Origin: Promethearchaeota archaeon
GTDB taxonomy: Archaea > Asgardarchaeota > Lokiarchaeia > Sigyniarchaeales > SOKP01
Reading direction: 5' to 3'
Assembly (NCBI GenBank): GCA_011364975.1
Contig: RDOE01000015.1
Span: 1 to 56,407 of the forward strand
Length of the DNA: 56,407 bases
Shown here: positions 9,395-19,924 of the stretch, in pieces
Position numbering within the stretch: position 1 is the first letter of the stretch
How the letters are laid out: each line of letters opens with the position of its first letter
Notes under the pieces: model-generated
Told to the model about the DNA's origin: nothing
Seen by the model: only the letters and a program-made list of their open reading frames with translations
Database searches by the model: none
Program-made: the position numbers and the translations under genes

Positions 9395-11245
9395 TCAACC
9401 TTTTATTTCTTTTCCTTCTTTAATTTTATTAAGATCATTTTCTTGAAGCACACGCCTTTCTACTTTACCCGTTGTGGTTACTGGCAATTCTTTTATAAAT
9501 TCTATATAATTAGGGCATTTCCACCGTGCCATATTCTCCTTACACCATTTTTTTAATTGGTCACTTGTAATATCTGCACCTTCTTTATACTCTGGCTTTA
9601 ATGTGACCCATGCTTTTACCGCTTCCCCTCTTTCCCTGTCTGGTAAACCTGCGACCGCAACTTCGCTTATCATAGGGTTTTTACCCATAATCTGTTCCAC
9701 TTCTTTCGGAAATACGGAATGACCTGCTACTTTAATTAATGACTTTTTACGGTCTCGGATCTCCAGAAATCCGTCTTTATCCATGAAACCGATATCGCCT
9801 GTAAGCAACCAACGCTTTCCATTCCAGAACTTAAGGTTATCTTCCTGCTCTTTTTGTTCTCCTTTATATCCAAGCATTACCTGTGGTCCTGCGACACACA
9901 TCTCACCAGTATGCTCTAATCCAAAATTGGAGCTAGGAGTACCATCGCATATTGGACCTAAATTAAAATTTTCTGCATCAAAAATCACAACGTCGGTTCC
10001 AGGAATAGGTAAACCTACCTTCCCTAATTTGTTAGGTCCCCAGAACGGAGTTGAAGTTACTACGGGAGAAGTCTCAGTTAACCCCCAACCAGTTCTTATT
10101 GGACAAAATATTCTTTCAAATGGAACCCGGACATAATCATGCAAAGGTCCAGCTCCTTGACTCGCATACTTTAATTTATTGTGTAAATCATATTGTTTTG
10201 TGAATACTTCCTCTCCCATGTCCTCTACGAAATCTATTAAACGTTTAAAAAGCAATTCTACCCCTGTAAAAATGATTTTTTGAGGTGCTTCTAACTTTTT
10301 GATTGTTTCACACAAATCTTTTATCTCGGGAGGTTTAGGGAAAAGCAACATTACCATCCCAAGAAATAATGAACCATTCATAACTGATGTTAAACCGAAA
10401 CTGTGAAAAAATGGTATTATCCCAATACTTATCATTCCCGTTTCTAATTGAACCCAATCTCTCTGCTGATATAAATTAACAATAAGATTTGCATGGCTTA
10501 ACATAGCAGCTTTTGGCAAACCCGTCGTTCCCCCCGTCATAAGATATGCAGCAGGATCATTCCAAGGATCAATATCTACAACAATTTCCTTAGGTTCAGT
10601 TTCTAATACAATCTTTTTCATTCGATAAACTTTATAATCATCCGTCTGTTCAGGAATTGTACTCTGAAAATCCGGAATGCTATTTCTTAGGGCAGTAAAA
10701 ATATCTGGTTCTGCGGTTACGAAGTCTAATAGATTTGTTGAAGTAACATACTTAACTTTAGTTTTAGGTAAAATTGTATTTGGTCCTTGAAAATAGAGTG
10801 CATCCATTACGACGAGTACTTTTGCGTTAGTAATATTTAATGCATGCATTAACTCCATGGGTTTATAAGTAGGATTGATACCTGCCATAATAGCTCCTAT
10901 ATAAATAGTTCCCATATACGCTATAACGAAATTTATCGAATTAGGCAATTCAATTGCCACCACATCTCCTTTTCGGATTCCCAAATCATAAAGAAAGGTA
11001 CCAAATCGTTTTGCTTTATCAAATAAATCTCGGAATGTGATTTTTTCGATGTAAGGTCCAAAAACAGCCATGCATACTTCCTTGTCCCAGAAATCTCTCT
11101 CAGTGGCACACCGCATAAACCCTTGAAATAACGGTTCCATAACAGCTCCTTCCACTTCATGAATTTGTTTCGGAACGCCTTCGGGCCAATACTCACCAAA
11201 CCACACCTTTTTTTCATTAACCTTAAAATCCTCTAAACTAGTCAT
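9395..11245 (-). CDS. fadD: Long-chain fatty acid/acyl-CoA ligase (AMP-binding)
   Basis: MTGGTTGLPKAA AMP motif, GWGLTETSP, GEMCVAGPQVMLGY, TGDIG..DRKK, PVTTTGKV. Confidence 0.92.
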   Translation of the reverse strand: MTSLEDFKVNEKKVWFGEYWPEGVPKQIHEVEGAVMEPLFQGFMRCATERDFWDKEVCMAVFGPYIEKITFRDLFDKAKRFGTFLYDLGIRKGDVVAIELPNSINFVIAYMGTIYIGAIMAGINPTYKPMELMHALNITNAKVLVVMDALYFQGPNTILPKTKVKYVTSTNLLDFVTAEPDIFTALRNSIPDFQSTIPEQTDDYKVYRMKKIVLETEPKEIVVDIDPWNDPAAYLMTGGTTGLPKAAMLSHANLIVNLYQQRDWVQLETGMISIGIIPFFHSFGLTSVMNGSLFLGMVMLLFPKPPEIKDLCETIKKLEAPQKIIFTGVELLFKRLIDFVEDMGEEVFTKQYDLHNKLKYASQGAGPLHDYVRVPFERIFCPIRTGWGLTETSPVVTSTPFWGPNKLGKVGLPIPGTDVVIFDAENFNLGPICDGTPSSNFGLEHTGEMCVAGPQVMLGYKGEQKEQEDNLKFWNGKRWLLTGDIGFMDKDGFLEIRDRKKSLIKVAGHSVFPKEVEQIMGKNPMISEVAVAGLPDRERGEAVKAWVTLKPEYKEGADITSDQLKKWCKENMARWKCPNYIEFIKELPVTTTGKVERRVLQENDLNKIKEGKEIKG

Positions 11246-11327
11246 TTTTATCTTTAAGATTTAATTATATCAGTTACCTTTCGAATCTACTTATATTCAA
11301 TTTATACACTTAAAGTTTAAAAACTTT

Positions 11328-11342
11328 ATGGACAATAGAAAT
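11328..11342. promoter_or_regulatory. Putative operator, shared-motif copy (ATGGACAATAGAAAT)
   Basis: Matches the 15-bp motif at 14712, 19910, 29001 and 35190; 82 nt upstream of the ligase start and adjacent to a TTTTTAAA box on the minus strand. Confidence 0.45.
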
Positions 11343-11539
11343 TAAACTTTCAATATAGTATGTTAAAGAATCGATAGTATAAAATAATTTTTGATTTTGA
11401 AACGCTAACTACTATTTAAATAAAATAGAATTATTCTACTCATTCAAAAATAAATAAATAGAAACTTTTATATTTTAAATGAAATAAAATAATTATAATT
11501 ATTATATATCTGGTACCAAACAATATAAATTGATTAAAA

Positions 11540-12397
11540 TTGGAAAAAAAAATGACTAAAAAGGATTTAAAACCAATTGAACGCAATACACCTACGTTCC
11601 AAAAGATAAGAAAATATGGTTGGTTAATAAGATTACCAATTCTTAAGCAACTATATAGAAAAAAACATCATCCTCGCGGATTTGACGCAGAAGCAGGACA
11701 AATAATTCCAGTCAATCTACAAGCAGGAGATTATCAAACTGAAGCAATACCTCTCACATTAATGGATTATTTTATCGATAAAGCAGGGACAATTGTGATT
11801 GTACAATGCCCATGTAGAGTTACAAATGAATGTAACAATCATAATATTGACTTAGGATGTATCTGGATGGGTAAGGGGGCTGCAAATTTAGACTTAAACA
11901 ATCTCCCTGGAGGAAGTAAAGGTCGTTTTGCAACCAAAGAAGAAGCTAAAGCTCATGCTCGTGCTGCTCTTAAAGATGGTTTAGTTCCTGCTTTAGGAAA
12001 ACTGCGCGGGGATGCTGTAGCGTACAATGTATTAGAATTTGAGGATGAATTCATGAATTTCTGCTTCTGTTGTCCTTGTTGTTGCGTGACAGCTGGTATG
12101 AAATATGCAAACTCTGATTTCAAGCATTATATAAAACGTATGGAAGGAGTAACAGTAATTACAGACCCAGAGAAATGCGTAGGCTGTGGGACTTGTTTTA
12201 AGGTTTGTATTTACGATGGATTAAAAATGGTAAAAGGGAAAGCGATTCATACTGATAAATGTATAGCTTGTGGCAATTGTGAAGCTGTATGCCCCAATGG
12301 TGCTATATCCATTAATTTTGATGAAAATATGGATATAGATGAGGTAATGGTCAAAATAATTCAACGATATGAAAACATTGTAGACATATCTGGTTAA
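11540..12397 (+). CDS. Cys-rich Fe-S protein with C-terminal 2x[4Fe-4S] ferredoxin; short form with no SCP2 domain (paralog 1)
   Basis: CPCR..C..GC, CFCCPCCC, CVGCGTCFKVC, CIACGNCEAVCP. Confidence 0.9.
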   Translation: MEKKMTKKDLKPIERNTPTFQKIRKYGWLIRLPILKQLYRKKHHPRGFDAEAGQIIPVNLQAGDYQTEAIPLTLMDYFIDKAGTIVIVQCPCRVTNECNNHNIDLGCIWMGKGAANLDLNNLPGGSKGRFATKEEAKAHARAALKDGLVPALGKLRGDAVAYNVLEFEDEFMNFCFCCPCCCVTAGMKYANSDFKHYIKRMEGVTVITDPEKCVGCGTCFKVCIYDGLKMVKGKAIHTDKCIACGNCEAVCPNGAISINFDENMDIDEVMVKIIQRYENIVDISG

Positions 12398-12440
12398 TAA
12401 CCTATTTTACCATCTAAATCAAAATAGAGGTTTTATTCAT

Positions 12441-14057
12441 ATGTTTATAAAAAAAGTAATAAGTAAACTACCTGAAAAAACGCTAAGCAAATTAGTGTTG
12501 AAAGGCATCTTAAGAAAATCTGTTGATACTTCAGATGAAATATATCAAAAAGATTTTAAAAACTTTATATTTAAAGTGAATTGGAATATTTCAGGCGCTA
12601 TTGGTTATCAAATTTATGATCAAACGAGTTACTCATATAAATATGGGGAGCATCTCGTTGATGCCGATGTTCTGCTTTCTATTCCAAAAATTGAGCATGT
12701 AAGACAACTGGTTAAAGGTGATGGGTTAGACCTTGAAATGAGCAGAGATAAGGAACGTAATTTTCAATTATGTATAAAAGATCCAATTGTTATTGCTCGA
12801 TTTAAAGAAGAAGTAAATCCTAATCCTCGTATAATAACACAATTACCGCTTTTTAGGGATATACAAAAACAATGGCATTATGGTAAAACTTTATTTGAGT
12901 TACCAGAGGAAATTTCTGTAGAAAAGGAGGAAATTGAATCATTAGTGAAAAAAATGCTCACTGATTCTGATAGAGTGTCAGATGAGAATTATCAGAAAAC
13001 ATTTAAAGACCGGGTTTTTAAAGTGAATTGGGACATACAGGGCATTTTGGCATACCAAATCTTTGAGGAAACACGTTATACTTATGAATTCGGGAAAAAT
13101 CTGGATGATGCAGATGTTACCTTAATGCCCACGAGTATGAAATATGCAAAGCTATTGCTTCAAGGAGTCCTCATAGACATCACCCATGGTAAAGATGTTA
13201 ACAACAATTTTCAACTCTGTGTGAAGATTCCAATGTTATTAACTCGATTTAAGGACCCAGACCTTAGTCCACTAGTTCTTTCGAAGTTGCCCTTTTCTAA
13301 GAGTATGCGAAAGGAAACTAAAAAAGAGGAAAAAGGCGAAGAATATGGATCCTATATTCCTGTTAATCTTTCAGCAGGTGAGTACGAGAATGAAATAATA
13401 CCCCTGAAAGTGTTTGAATACTTCATTGAGAAAGCAAGTAATATTGTAGTTTGCGAATGTTTATGTAGAATAAATTATGACTGTAAGAATCACGATAAAA
13501 AATACGGTTGCATGTATATGGGCGATGATACAAAGAATATGGTACTTCATGATAGACAGCGTAATATTTCAAAGGAAGAAGCTGTTCAATTCGTTAAAGA
13601 AGCCATTGATGATGGTTTGATTCCTTTAATCGGAAGATCAGTAGGAGAAACTGAAGGACAATCAATTAGGGATACAGGACACTTTTTATCCAGTTGTTTC
13701 TGCTGTACATGTTGTTGCATTAATGGTAAAATGATTTCTAATGCGTCTCATGCAATGATATCTGATAATATGATTAAAAGAATTAAAGGATTAGAAGTCA
13801 AAATTGATCCCGCGAAATGTGTTGGCTGTGGAACCTGCCTTGGAGTATGCGTGTTTAAGGGCAGAGAAATAGTCGATGGAAAAGCAACTATCGAGCCGGA
13901 ATTTTGCTTAGGTTGTGGAAGATGTGTAGATGTATGCCCTAATGGGGCCATTTCCATTGAAATCGAGGATCAAAGCTACATTGACGAACTAATTACTAAA
14001 ATAGAATCTCTTGTCGATGTAGAAGACCAAAAGAATAATATTTCCACAATTAGTTAG
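12441..14057 (+). CDS. Tandem SCP2-like x2 + Cys-rich Fe-S/2x[4Fe-4S] protein (paralog 2)
   Basis: Internal repeat (FKVNWNISG..YQIY..YKYGEHLVDADV / FKVNWDIQG..YQIF..YEFGKNLDDADV), CLCR, CFCCTCCC, two ferredoxin motifs. Confidence 0.88.
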   Translation: MFIKKVISKLPEKTLSKLVLKGILRKSVDTSDEIYQKDFKNFIFKVNWNISGAIGYQIYDQTSYSYKYGEHLVDADVLLSIPKIEHVRQLVKGDGLDLEMSRDKERNFQLCIKDPIVIARFKEEVNPNPRIITQLPLFRDIQKQWHYGKTLFELPEEISVEKEEIESLVKKMLTDSDRVSDENYQKTFKDRVFKVNWDIQGILAYQIFEETRYTYEFGKNLDDADVTLMPTSMKYAKLLLQGVLIDITHGKDVNNNFQLCVKIPMLLTRFKDPDLSPLVLSKLPFSKSMRKETKKEEKGEEYGSYIPVNLSAGEYENEIIPLKVFEYFIEKASNIVVCECLCRINYDCKNHDKKYGCMYMGDDTKNMVLHDRQRNISKEEAVQFVKEAIDDGLIPLIGRSVGETEGQSIRDTGHFLSSCFCCTCCCINGKMISNASHAMISDNMIKRIKGLEVKIDPAKCVGCGTCLGVCVFKGREIVDGKATIEPEFCLGCGRCVDVCPNGAISIEIEDQSYIDELITKIESLVDVEDQKNNISTIS

Positions 14058-14233
14058 TTTATTTAGGAGTAGAAAAAGCATATAACATCTTTTATTAAAA
14101 TTAATTTAAAATAAGACTTTAATTTATATCTAATCCATATTTATTATGATTCAAGGGATATTTTAAGTTTATATTCCAAAAATCTCTGATAAAAAATAAA
14201 AATGATAAATCAGTAATAAAGAGGACTTTAAAA

Positions 14234-14683
14234 ATGCATGAATTTTCTATGGTAAATCAAATATTTAGGAAGTGCTTAGAAGTGGCAAGACAGAATAACG
14301 CCAAATCACTTAGCGAAATCAATCTTGAAATAGGAGATTTTGCTTTAATTGTCGAGGTTTATGCCCAACAAGCTTTTAATGCGTTAAAAAAAGGTAGCAT
14401 TGCAGAAAATGCTGTGCTAAATATTAAAAGGACTCCTGGTGTGCTTTATTGCAATTCCTGTCAGCAAAAATCTGAAATTTGGTTTAATGAAGAAAAGGAA
14501 AAAGCAGCAAATGAAGGAAGATTGAAGGAATATGAACAATATGAAAAAGCAATAACTGAAGAATCGTTACTTAAAGGTAATCCTAATTTAGGAAGAAATC
14601 TTTTTCATTGTCGAAAATGTGGGAGTTCTGATACTAACCTTATTGAAGGAAAGGGAGTTTTAATTAAAAATATCCGGTTGTAA
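14234..14683 (+). CDS. hypA: Nickel metallochaperone HypA with a long insertion between the CxxC motifs
   Basis: N-terminal MHE Ni-binding motif; CNSC ... CRKC; C-terminal G.G..IKNI. Confidence 0.9.
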   Translation: MHEFSMVNQIFRKCLEVARQNNAKSLSEINLEIGDFALIVEVYAQQAFNALKKGSIAENAVLNIKRTPGVLYCNSCQQKSEIWFNEEKEKAANEGRLKEYEQYEKAITEESLLKGNPNLGRNLFHCRKCGSSDTNLIEGKGVLIKNIRL

Positions 14684-14711
14684 TAAACTTTCAATCTTTC
14701 CTTATATTTTG

Positions 14712-14726
14712 ATGGACAATGGGCAT
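14712..14726 (+). promoter_or_regulatory. Putative operator, shared-motif copy (ATGGACAATGGGCAT), followed by a TTTAAATA TATA-like box
   Basis: Quasi-palindrome 74 nt upstream of 14801. Confidence 0.6.
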
Positions 14727-14800
14727 TTATTTAAATAATGCAATATTTTAATTTTTTAAGGCTTTTTAATGAGAAAAAAGAAAGTTAAGGTGGATATAAA

Positions 14801-15670
14801 TTGGGAAAAAAACTGAAGAAAAAGGATCTAAAACCGATTGAACGAAATACACCTTTGTTTCAGAAGGTGAAAAAGTATGGCTGGTTGACAAGATTACCAA
14901 TACTTAAGCAACTTCATAGAAAAAAGAATTATCCTCGTGGGTTCGATACTGAAGCAGCTCAGTATATTCCGGTCAACCTCAAAGTAGGCGATTATGATAG
15001 CGAAGTAATTCCCCTCAAATTGATGGACTATTTTATAGATAAAGCAGGTACAATCGTTATTAGGGATTGTCCATGCCGTGTTACTAATGATTGCAAAAAC
15101 CACGACAAAGAACTTGGATGCATTTGGATGGGAAAGGGTGCTGCTAATCTTGATTTAAGAAAACTCCCAGGAGCTGGAAAGGAAGGACGATGTGCAACAA
15201 AAGAAGAAGCGAAGGCACACGTTCGCTTAGCACTAAAAAATGGCCTTGCTCCCGCTTTAGGAAAATTACGAGGGGATGCTAGATTATATAACGTTTTAGA
15301 ATACGACGATGAACTCATGAATTTCTGCTTCTGTTGTTCTTGTTGCTGCGTTGCTGCGGGATATAAATATGGTAACTCTGATTATAAAAATTATGTAAAG
15401 CGTATGAAAGGAGTTACGTTTGTTACCGATCCTGAGAAGTGCGTAGGCGTAGAGAACTGTGGGAAGTGCTTTAAAGTATGTGTATATGATGGATTGAAAG
15501 TGGTAAATGGAAAATCAGTACATACAGAAAATTGCCTAGGCTGTGGGCATTGTGAGGCTGTATGCCCTAATAATGCTATTGCCATTAAATTTGATGAGGA
15601 TTTGAACATCGACGAAGTAATTGAGGGTATAATTAACCGATATGAAAAAATTGTAGATATTTCTGGTTAA
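14801..15670 (+). CDS. Cys-rich Fe-S/2x[4Fe-4S] protein, short form (paralog 3, close copy of 11540..12397)
   Basis: Nearly the same N-terminus (KKDLKPIERNTP.FQK..KYGWL.RLPILKQL), CPCR, CFCCSCCC; TTG start after AGGTG. Confidence 0.9.
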   Translation: MGKKLKKKDLKPIERNTPLFQKVKKYGWLTRLPILKQLHRKKNYPRGFDTEAAQYIPVNLKVGDYDSEVIPLKLMDYFIDKAGTIVIRDCPCRVTNDCKNHDKELGCIWMGKGAANLDLRKLPGAGKEGRCATKEEAKAHVRLALKNGLAPALGKLRGDARLYNVLEYDDELMNFCFCCSCCCVAAGYKYGNSDYKNYVKRMKGVTFVTDPEKCVGVENCGKCFKVCVYDGLKVVNGKSVHTENCLGCGHCEAVCPNNAIAIKFDEDLNIDEVIEGIINRYEKIVDISG

Positions 15671-15678
15671 TAGAAAAG

Positions 15679-17307
15679 GTGAAAATGAGATTGAGTATAA
15701 GAGATTTGAGTACACTCCCCGATAGCAAGCTAAAAGAAGAATTGATGAAATTTATTTTAAATGATGTTGACGTATCGGATGAGCTATACCAAAAAAGCTT
15801 TAAGGAGCCCTATAAAGTTAATATAGATATTTGCGGACTTAAGGGTTATCAAATTTATGAACCAGATAAATATACTTCCAAATTGGGAGAAAATCTCGAA
15901 GACCCCGATCTTTCAATTAATTTTCGAGATATAGAATACATCAGGCAATTGCTCCGAGGGGAAAAAGTAGGTATTGAAAATGGACGAGACAAAAATTATA
16001 CCCTTCACGTAAATAGAAAAGACCTCTTCATATCTACGAATAGAAAGAATGCACAAGTTTTAATGGCTAAAATACCCTTATTCGATTCGATCGTAAAAAA
16101 TTTTGGTACTAGTCGTCAAGCTAAACGTTTACGCGATGAATCTGGACCTCTTGACCCGGTACAAGAAGGTGAAATTGTCATGCTAATGAAAAAAATGTTA
16201 AAAGAGTCTGTAGATACTTCAGACGAACTTTATCGACGAAATTTTCAAGGGCAGGTTTTAAAAGTCAACTGGGACATCAATGGAAACATTTCTTACCAGA
16301 TTTTTGAAGAAACCAAATATAGTCATGAATTTGGGAAACATATCGAAGACGCAGATCTTACACTTGTAATTGAAAATCCAGATTTTGCAAAACGATTTCT
16401 ACTCCAAGCATCTACTAATTATGCTCCTGGTTTGGATGATGACAATAATCTTCTTATTTATATAAAAACTCCTGTCATAAGTATTCAGTTCAAAAATCCA
16501 GATGAAAACCGCTTTTCTCTAGTAAGATTACCTTTCTTTCGTACTTTGATGCAAATAAAAGCCTCTGAAACACCACAAGAAGAGAAAAAGGAAGAACGAG
16601 AGAATTATGGACACTATATTTCAGTTAATTTGCCAATGGGCGACTTTGAAAATGTCGTTGTACCATATAAAGTATTTGAACACTTCATCAATAAAGCAAG
16701 TAATATTGTCCTCCGAACTTGTCCTTGTCGAGAACGTTGGGCCTGTCAAAATCACTCGATTGAATTAGGGTGTATTTTTATGGGAGACGACACTAAGAAT
16801 ATGGCGCTATCCCCTGAAGAAGGTTATATAGCTACGAAAGAGCAAGCCTTAGAACATTTAAGAAAAGCGATTGACGAAGGTTTGGTTCCTTTATTAGGAA
16901 GAAATGTCGCGGAAGCAGAAGATGGACATGGAGTTATGGATACAGGAAGCTTTTTATCTGGTTGTTTCTGCTGCGAATGTTGTTGTATTGGAGTAAAGAC
17001 TCGTCAATATGGTGCATATACTAGCATGGCAGGAGATAAACCTGGAAGTATTGAGGGTATGAAGATAAAGATCGACTATGAGAAATGTGTTGGTTGCGGA
17101 ACTTGTGTAGAAACTTGTCCATTTAAATTTAGAAAAGTTGTTGATGGAAAGGCTGCTGTTGATCCTAATCAATGTATAGGATGCGGAAGATGCATAAATG
17201 TATGTCCAAATGGGGCGATAATGGTCAATATAGAAGATCCAGATTATATTGAGAAATTTATAGCTAAGATCGAATCTATAGTCGATGTTACTGACCAAAA
17301 TGCTTAA
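15679..17307 (+). CDS. Tandem SCP2-like x2 + Cys-rich Fe-S/2x[4Fe-4S] protein (paralog 4); start probably ATG 15685
   Basis: Two KVN.DI.G..YQI repeats, CPCRERWAC, CFCCECCC, CVGCGTCVETCP, CIGCGRCINVCP. Confidence 0.88.
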   Translation: MKMRLSIRDLSTLPDSKLKEELMKFILNDVDVSDELYQKSFKEPYKVNIDICGLKGYQIYEPDKYTSKLGENLEDPDLSINFRDIEYIRQLLRGEKVGIENGRDKNYTLHVNRKDLFISTNRKNAQVLMAKIPLFDSIVKNFGTSRQAKRLRDESGPLDPVQEGEIVMLMKKMLKESVDTSDELYRRNFQGQVLKVNWDINGNISYQIFEETKYSHEFGKHIEDADLTLVIENPDFAKRFLLQASTNYAPGLDDDNNLLIYIKTPVISIQFKNPDENRFSLVRLPFFRTLMQIKASETPQEEKKEERENYGHYISVNLPMGDFENVVVPYKVFEHFINKASNIVLRTCPCRERWACQNHSIELGCIFMGDDTKNMALSPEEGYIATKEQALEHLRKAIDEGLVPLLGRNVAEAEDGHGVMDTGSFLSGCFCCECCCIGVKTRQYGAYTSMAGDKPGSIEGMKIKIDYEKCVGCGTCVETCPFKFRKVVDGKAAVDPNQCIGCGRCINVCPNGAIMVNIEDPDYIEKFIAKIESIVDVTDQNA

Positions 17308-17390
17308 AATCGAGTTATATTAAATTTTTTATCCTTTATAATATTAATCTGATATAAAATTTTCAAAAAATATTAATTAAATTGATATAA

Positions 17391-18605
17391 ATGGCAAAAC
17401 GCGGTAAAGAATTTTATAATAGGTATTTTGCAAGGCAATCAAGATTCAGTATTTTGCCTCCAGAAGATAAATATTTATTTAGAATTTCTCCAAAATATAA
17501 ATTTAATATCATAGGTTCAGGTATGATGGGAATTGAACATCTGCGAACAACATATTTGGAAGGTCGAGCTCTTATTCATGGCATATATGATCCTAATCCA
17601 AAAAGTGTCACAGCAACACAAAATGTACTATCTCAAATTGATCCTGAACAAAAATTAAAAATTTACGATACACTAGAAAACGCTTGTAAGGATCCAGATG
17701 TTGATGGGTTAATAATTTCCACTCCAAATTTCTCTCATATCTCAGTTATCAAAGAAGCAATAAAGTCAGAAAAGCACATACTACTTGAAAAACCTATGGC
17801 AACAACCATTCCTGATGCCTATGAAATCTATAAGATTGCTGAGGATTACCCTTCAGTGTTTCAAGTTGGGTTACAATACAGATATAAAGCAATGTATGTT
17901 GAAGCTATACAAGAAGCTCTAATCAATAAGAGGTTAGGTGATATCAAAATGATAAACATCTCTGAATACAGGTTTCCGTTTTTAGATAAAGTGAACCAAT
18001 GGAACAAGTTTAATCAATATTCTGGGGGAACATTGGTTGAAAAATGTTGTCATTATTTTGATTTAATGAATTTATTTGCTCAATCTAAACCAAAGAAAGT
18101 TTATGCTACGGGAAATATGGCAGTAAATTTCAAAGAATTTGAATATAATGGGAGAAAATCAGACATTTTAGATAACGCGGTAGTAAGTCTTGATTATGAA
18201 AATGGTGTTAGAGCAAGTTTTAACTTATGTATGTTTTCACCCCAATTTTACGAAGAATTGACGATCTGTGGTGATGAAGGGTACCTTCACAGTTATGAAA
18301 ACATTGATTATTTACCTGGAACCAAACCAAAAACCTACTTGGAATTAAAATTAGGGGAGGAATCAAATTCAAGAATATCACAACCTTGTTATCCAAAATA
18401 TATTGAAGAATCTGGGCATAGCGGAGCAACGTTCTTCGAACATAAGTATTTCATAGATACCATAGAGGGGAAAGAAACATCTGTTGCTACAGCAAAAGAC
18501 GGATTATGGTCTATTGTCATTGGCTACGCTGCTCAGAAGTCTATTGATTTAGGAATTCCATTAATCATACAAGACCTTCTAAAAGAATTCTCTCTTAATA
18601 TATGA
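17391..18605 (+). CDS. Gfo/Idh/MocA family NAD(P) oxidoreductase
   Basis: IIGSGMMG, ISTPNFSH, ILLEKPMA, GGTLVEKCCHYFD. Confidence 0.92.
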   Translation: MAKRGKEFYNRYFARQSRFSILPPEDKYLFRISPKYKFNIIGSGMMGIEHLRTTYLEGRALIHGIYDPNPKSVTATQNVLSQIDPEQKLKIYDTLENACKDPDVDGLIISTPNFSHISVIKEAIKSEKHILLEKPMATTIPDAYEIYKIAEDYPSVFQVGLQYRYKAMYVEAIQEALINKRLGDIKMINISEYRFPFLDKVNQWNKFNQYSGGTLVEKCCHYFDLMNLFAQSKPKKVYATGNMAVNFKEFEYNGRKSDILDNAVVSLDYENGVRASFNLCMFSPQFYEELTICGDEGYLHSYENIDYLPGTKPKTYLELKLGEESNSRISQPCYPKYIEESGHSGATFFEHKYFIDTIEGKETSVATAKDGLWSIVIGYAAQKSIDLGIPLIIQDLLKEFSLNI

Positions 18606-18641
18606 TTAAAACGAAATAGAGATAGTTTTATCTTCTTTTTT

Positions 18642-19847
18642 TCAATGTATTTCATCTGAGATATATTGAGGAGTTACATCGACATATTTTTCAATTTTTC
18701 CAATTAATTCATCAACGCGGTCTATATCATCGATGGTGATGGTGGTTGCACTAGTGGGACACACTTCTGCGCATCTACCACAACCTAAGCATCGTGTTTG
18801 ATCAATTTTTGCTTTTCCATCAATAAGCTCCCTGCCTCGAAAAACGCACACTTCAACGCACTTACCACAACCTTTACAAAGATCTTCATCTACATTCACG
18901 GAGACGCCTTCTACTCTTGAAAACATCGTTAAATTAGCATTAGGACCAAATCGCATAATCTTTCCATTTATACAGCAACAATCGCAACAGAAACAAGCTG
19001 CTAAGAAGCGACCTTTATCTTCAACGCCATATCCCGCAGCCTCACCCATAGCGCGTCCTAACAATGGAATCAACCCATCATCTATCGCTTTCCTTACGCG
19101 TTCCAAAGCTTCCTCCTTTGTAGCAAAATGTCCTCTTTCTTTAGTAATTTTCATTTGTAGCGTATCATCTCCCATATATAGGCAACCTAGAGATTTGTCA
19201 TGATGTTGGCAATCGTTAAAGCGCCTACAACCACAATAATCCATTAATACAATGTGACTGGCTTTTTCTATAAAATGTTCAAAAACCTTATAGGGAATAA
19301 CCTTGTTTTCATATTGGACATCCAAATTAATTGGTACATAAGCCCCAAATTCTTCTTTTCTCGAGATTAGATTCATACCTCTTTGAAATGGTGGCAATTT
19401 TAAGAGGTTAAAGGGATGTTTAACTTTATTATTATAAGCTATTGCAGTTAAATATCGATGGGATATCCTTTGCTTTCTTAATCCCTTTTCCGACTCTACT
19501 TCTTTAAACCCTTCCACATAGTCTACTTTGAACCTGCCCTTATAATCTCTTCGGGGTGCATAGCTAAAACCCATATTGGCCCCCTCGAAAAATCGAATAG
19601 CTAACTCTGGATTACTGATGCGTACTAGTAAATCAGGGTTCTCTAATTGTTCCCCTATTTTATAAGCATAATTATCTTTTTCAAATATTTGATACCCGTA
19701 GACTTTCTTAATTTTCCATTGAACTTTGATTATCCCTTCAAAATCTTGGATGTCCTTCTGAAAAATTGGACTCCTTCGGGCGATTCGACCTGAATCCTTC
19801 ATCATCTTATTGAATGCAGATAATAATTCATCATCTTTCTCAGACAT
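18642..19847 (-). CDS. SCP2-like + Cys-rich Fe-S/2x[4Fe-4S] protein (paralog 5)
   Basis: VQWKI..GYQIFEKDNYAYKIGEQLENPDL; CGCR, CFCCDCCC, two ferredoxin motifs. Confidence 0.88.
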   Translation of the reverse strand: MSEKDDELLSAFNKMMKDSGRIARRSPIFQKDIQDFEGIIKVQWKIKKVYGYQIFEKDNYAYKIGEQLENPDLLVRISNPELAIRFFEGANMGFSYAPRRDYKGRFKVDYVEGFKEVESEKGLRKQRISHRYLTAIAYNNKVKHPFNLLKLPPFQRGMNLISRKEEFGAYVPINLDVQYENKVIPYKVFEHFIEKASHIVLMDYCGCRRFNDCQHHDKSLGCLYMGDDTLQMKITKERGHFATKEEALERVRKAIDDGLIPLLGRAMGEAAGYGVEDKGRFLAACFCCDCCCINGKIMRFGPNANLTMFSRVEGVSVNVDEDLCKGCGKCVEVCVFRGRELIDGKAKIDQTRCLGCGRCAEVCPTSATTITIDDIDRVDELIGKIEKYVDVTPQYISDEIH

Positions 19848-19909
19848 GTTATTTTAGATCCTTAATGTTTAGTATTAATTAAAAAAAGGTTTGATTTAAT
19901 TTAAAATAA

Positions 19910-19924
19910 ATTGCCGTTGGACAT
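19910..19924 (-). promoter_or_regulatory. Putative operator, shared-motif copy (minus strand ATGTCCAACGGCAAT)
   Basis: 62 nt upstream of 19847, flanked by TAA/TTA; lies in the divergent region shared with the acyl-CoA dehydrogenase gene. Confidence 0.6.
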
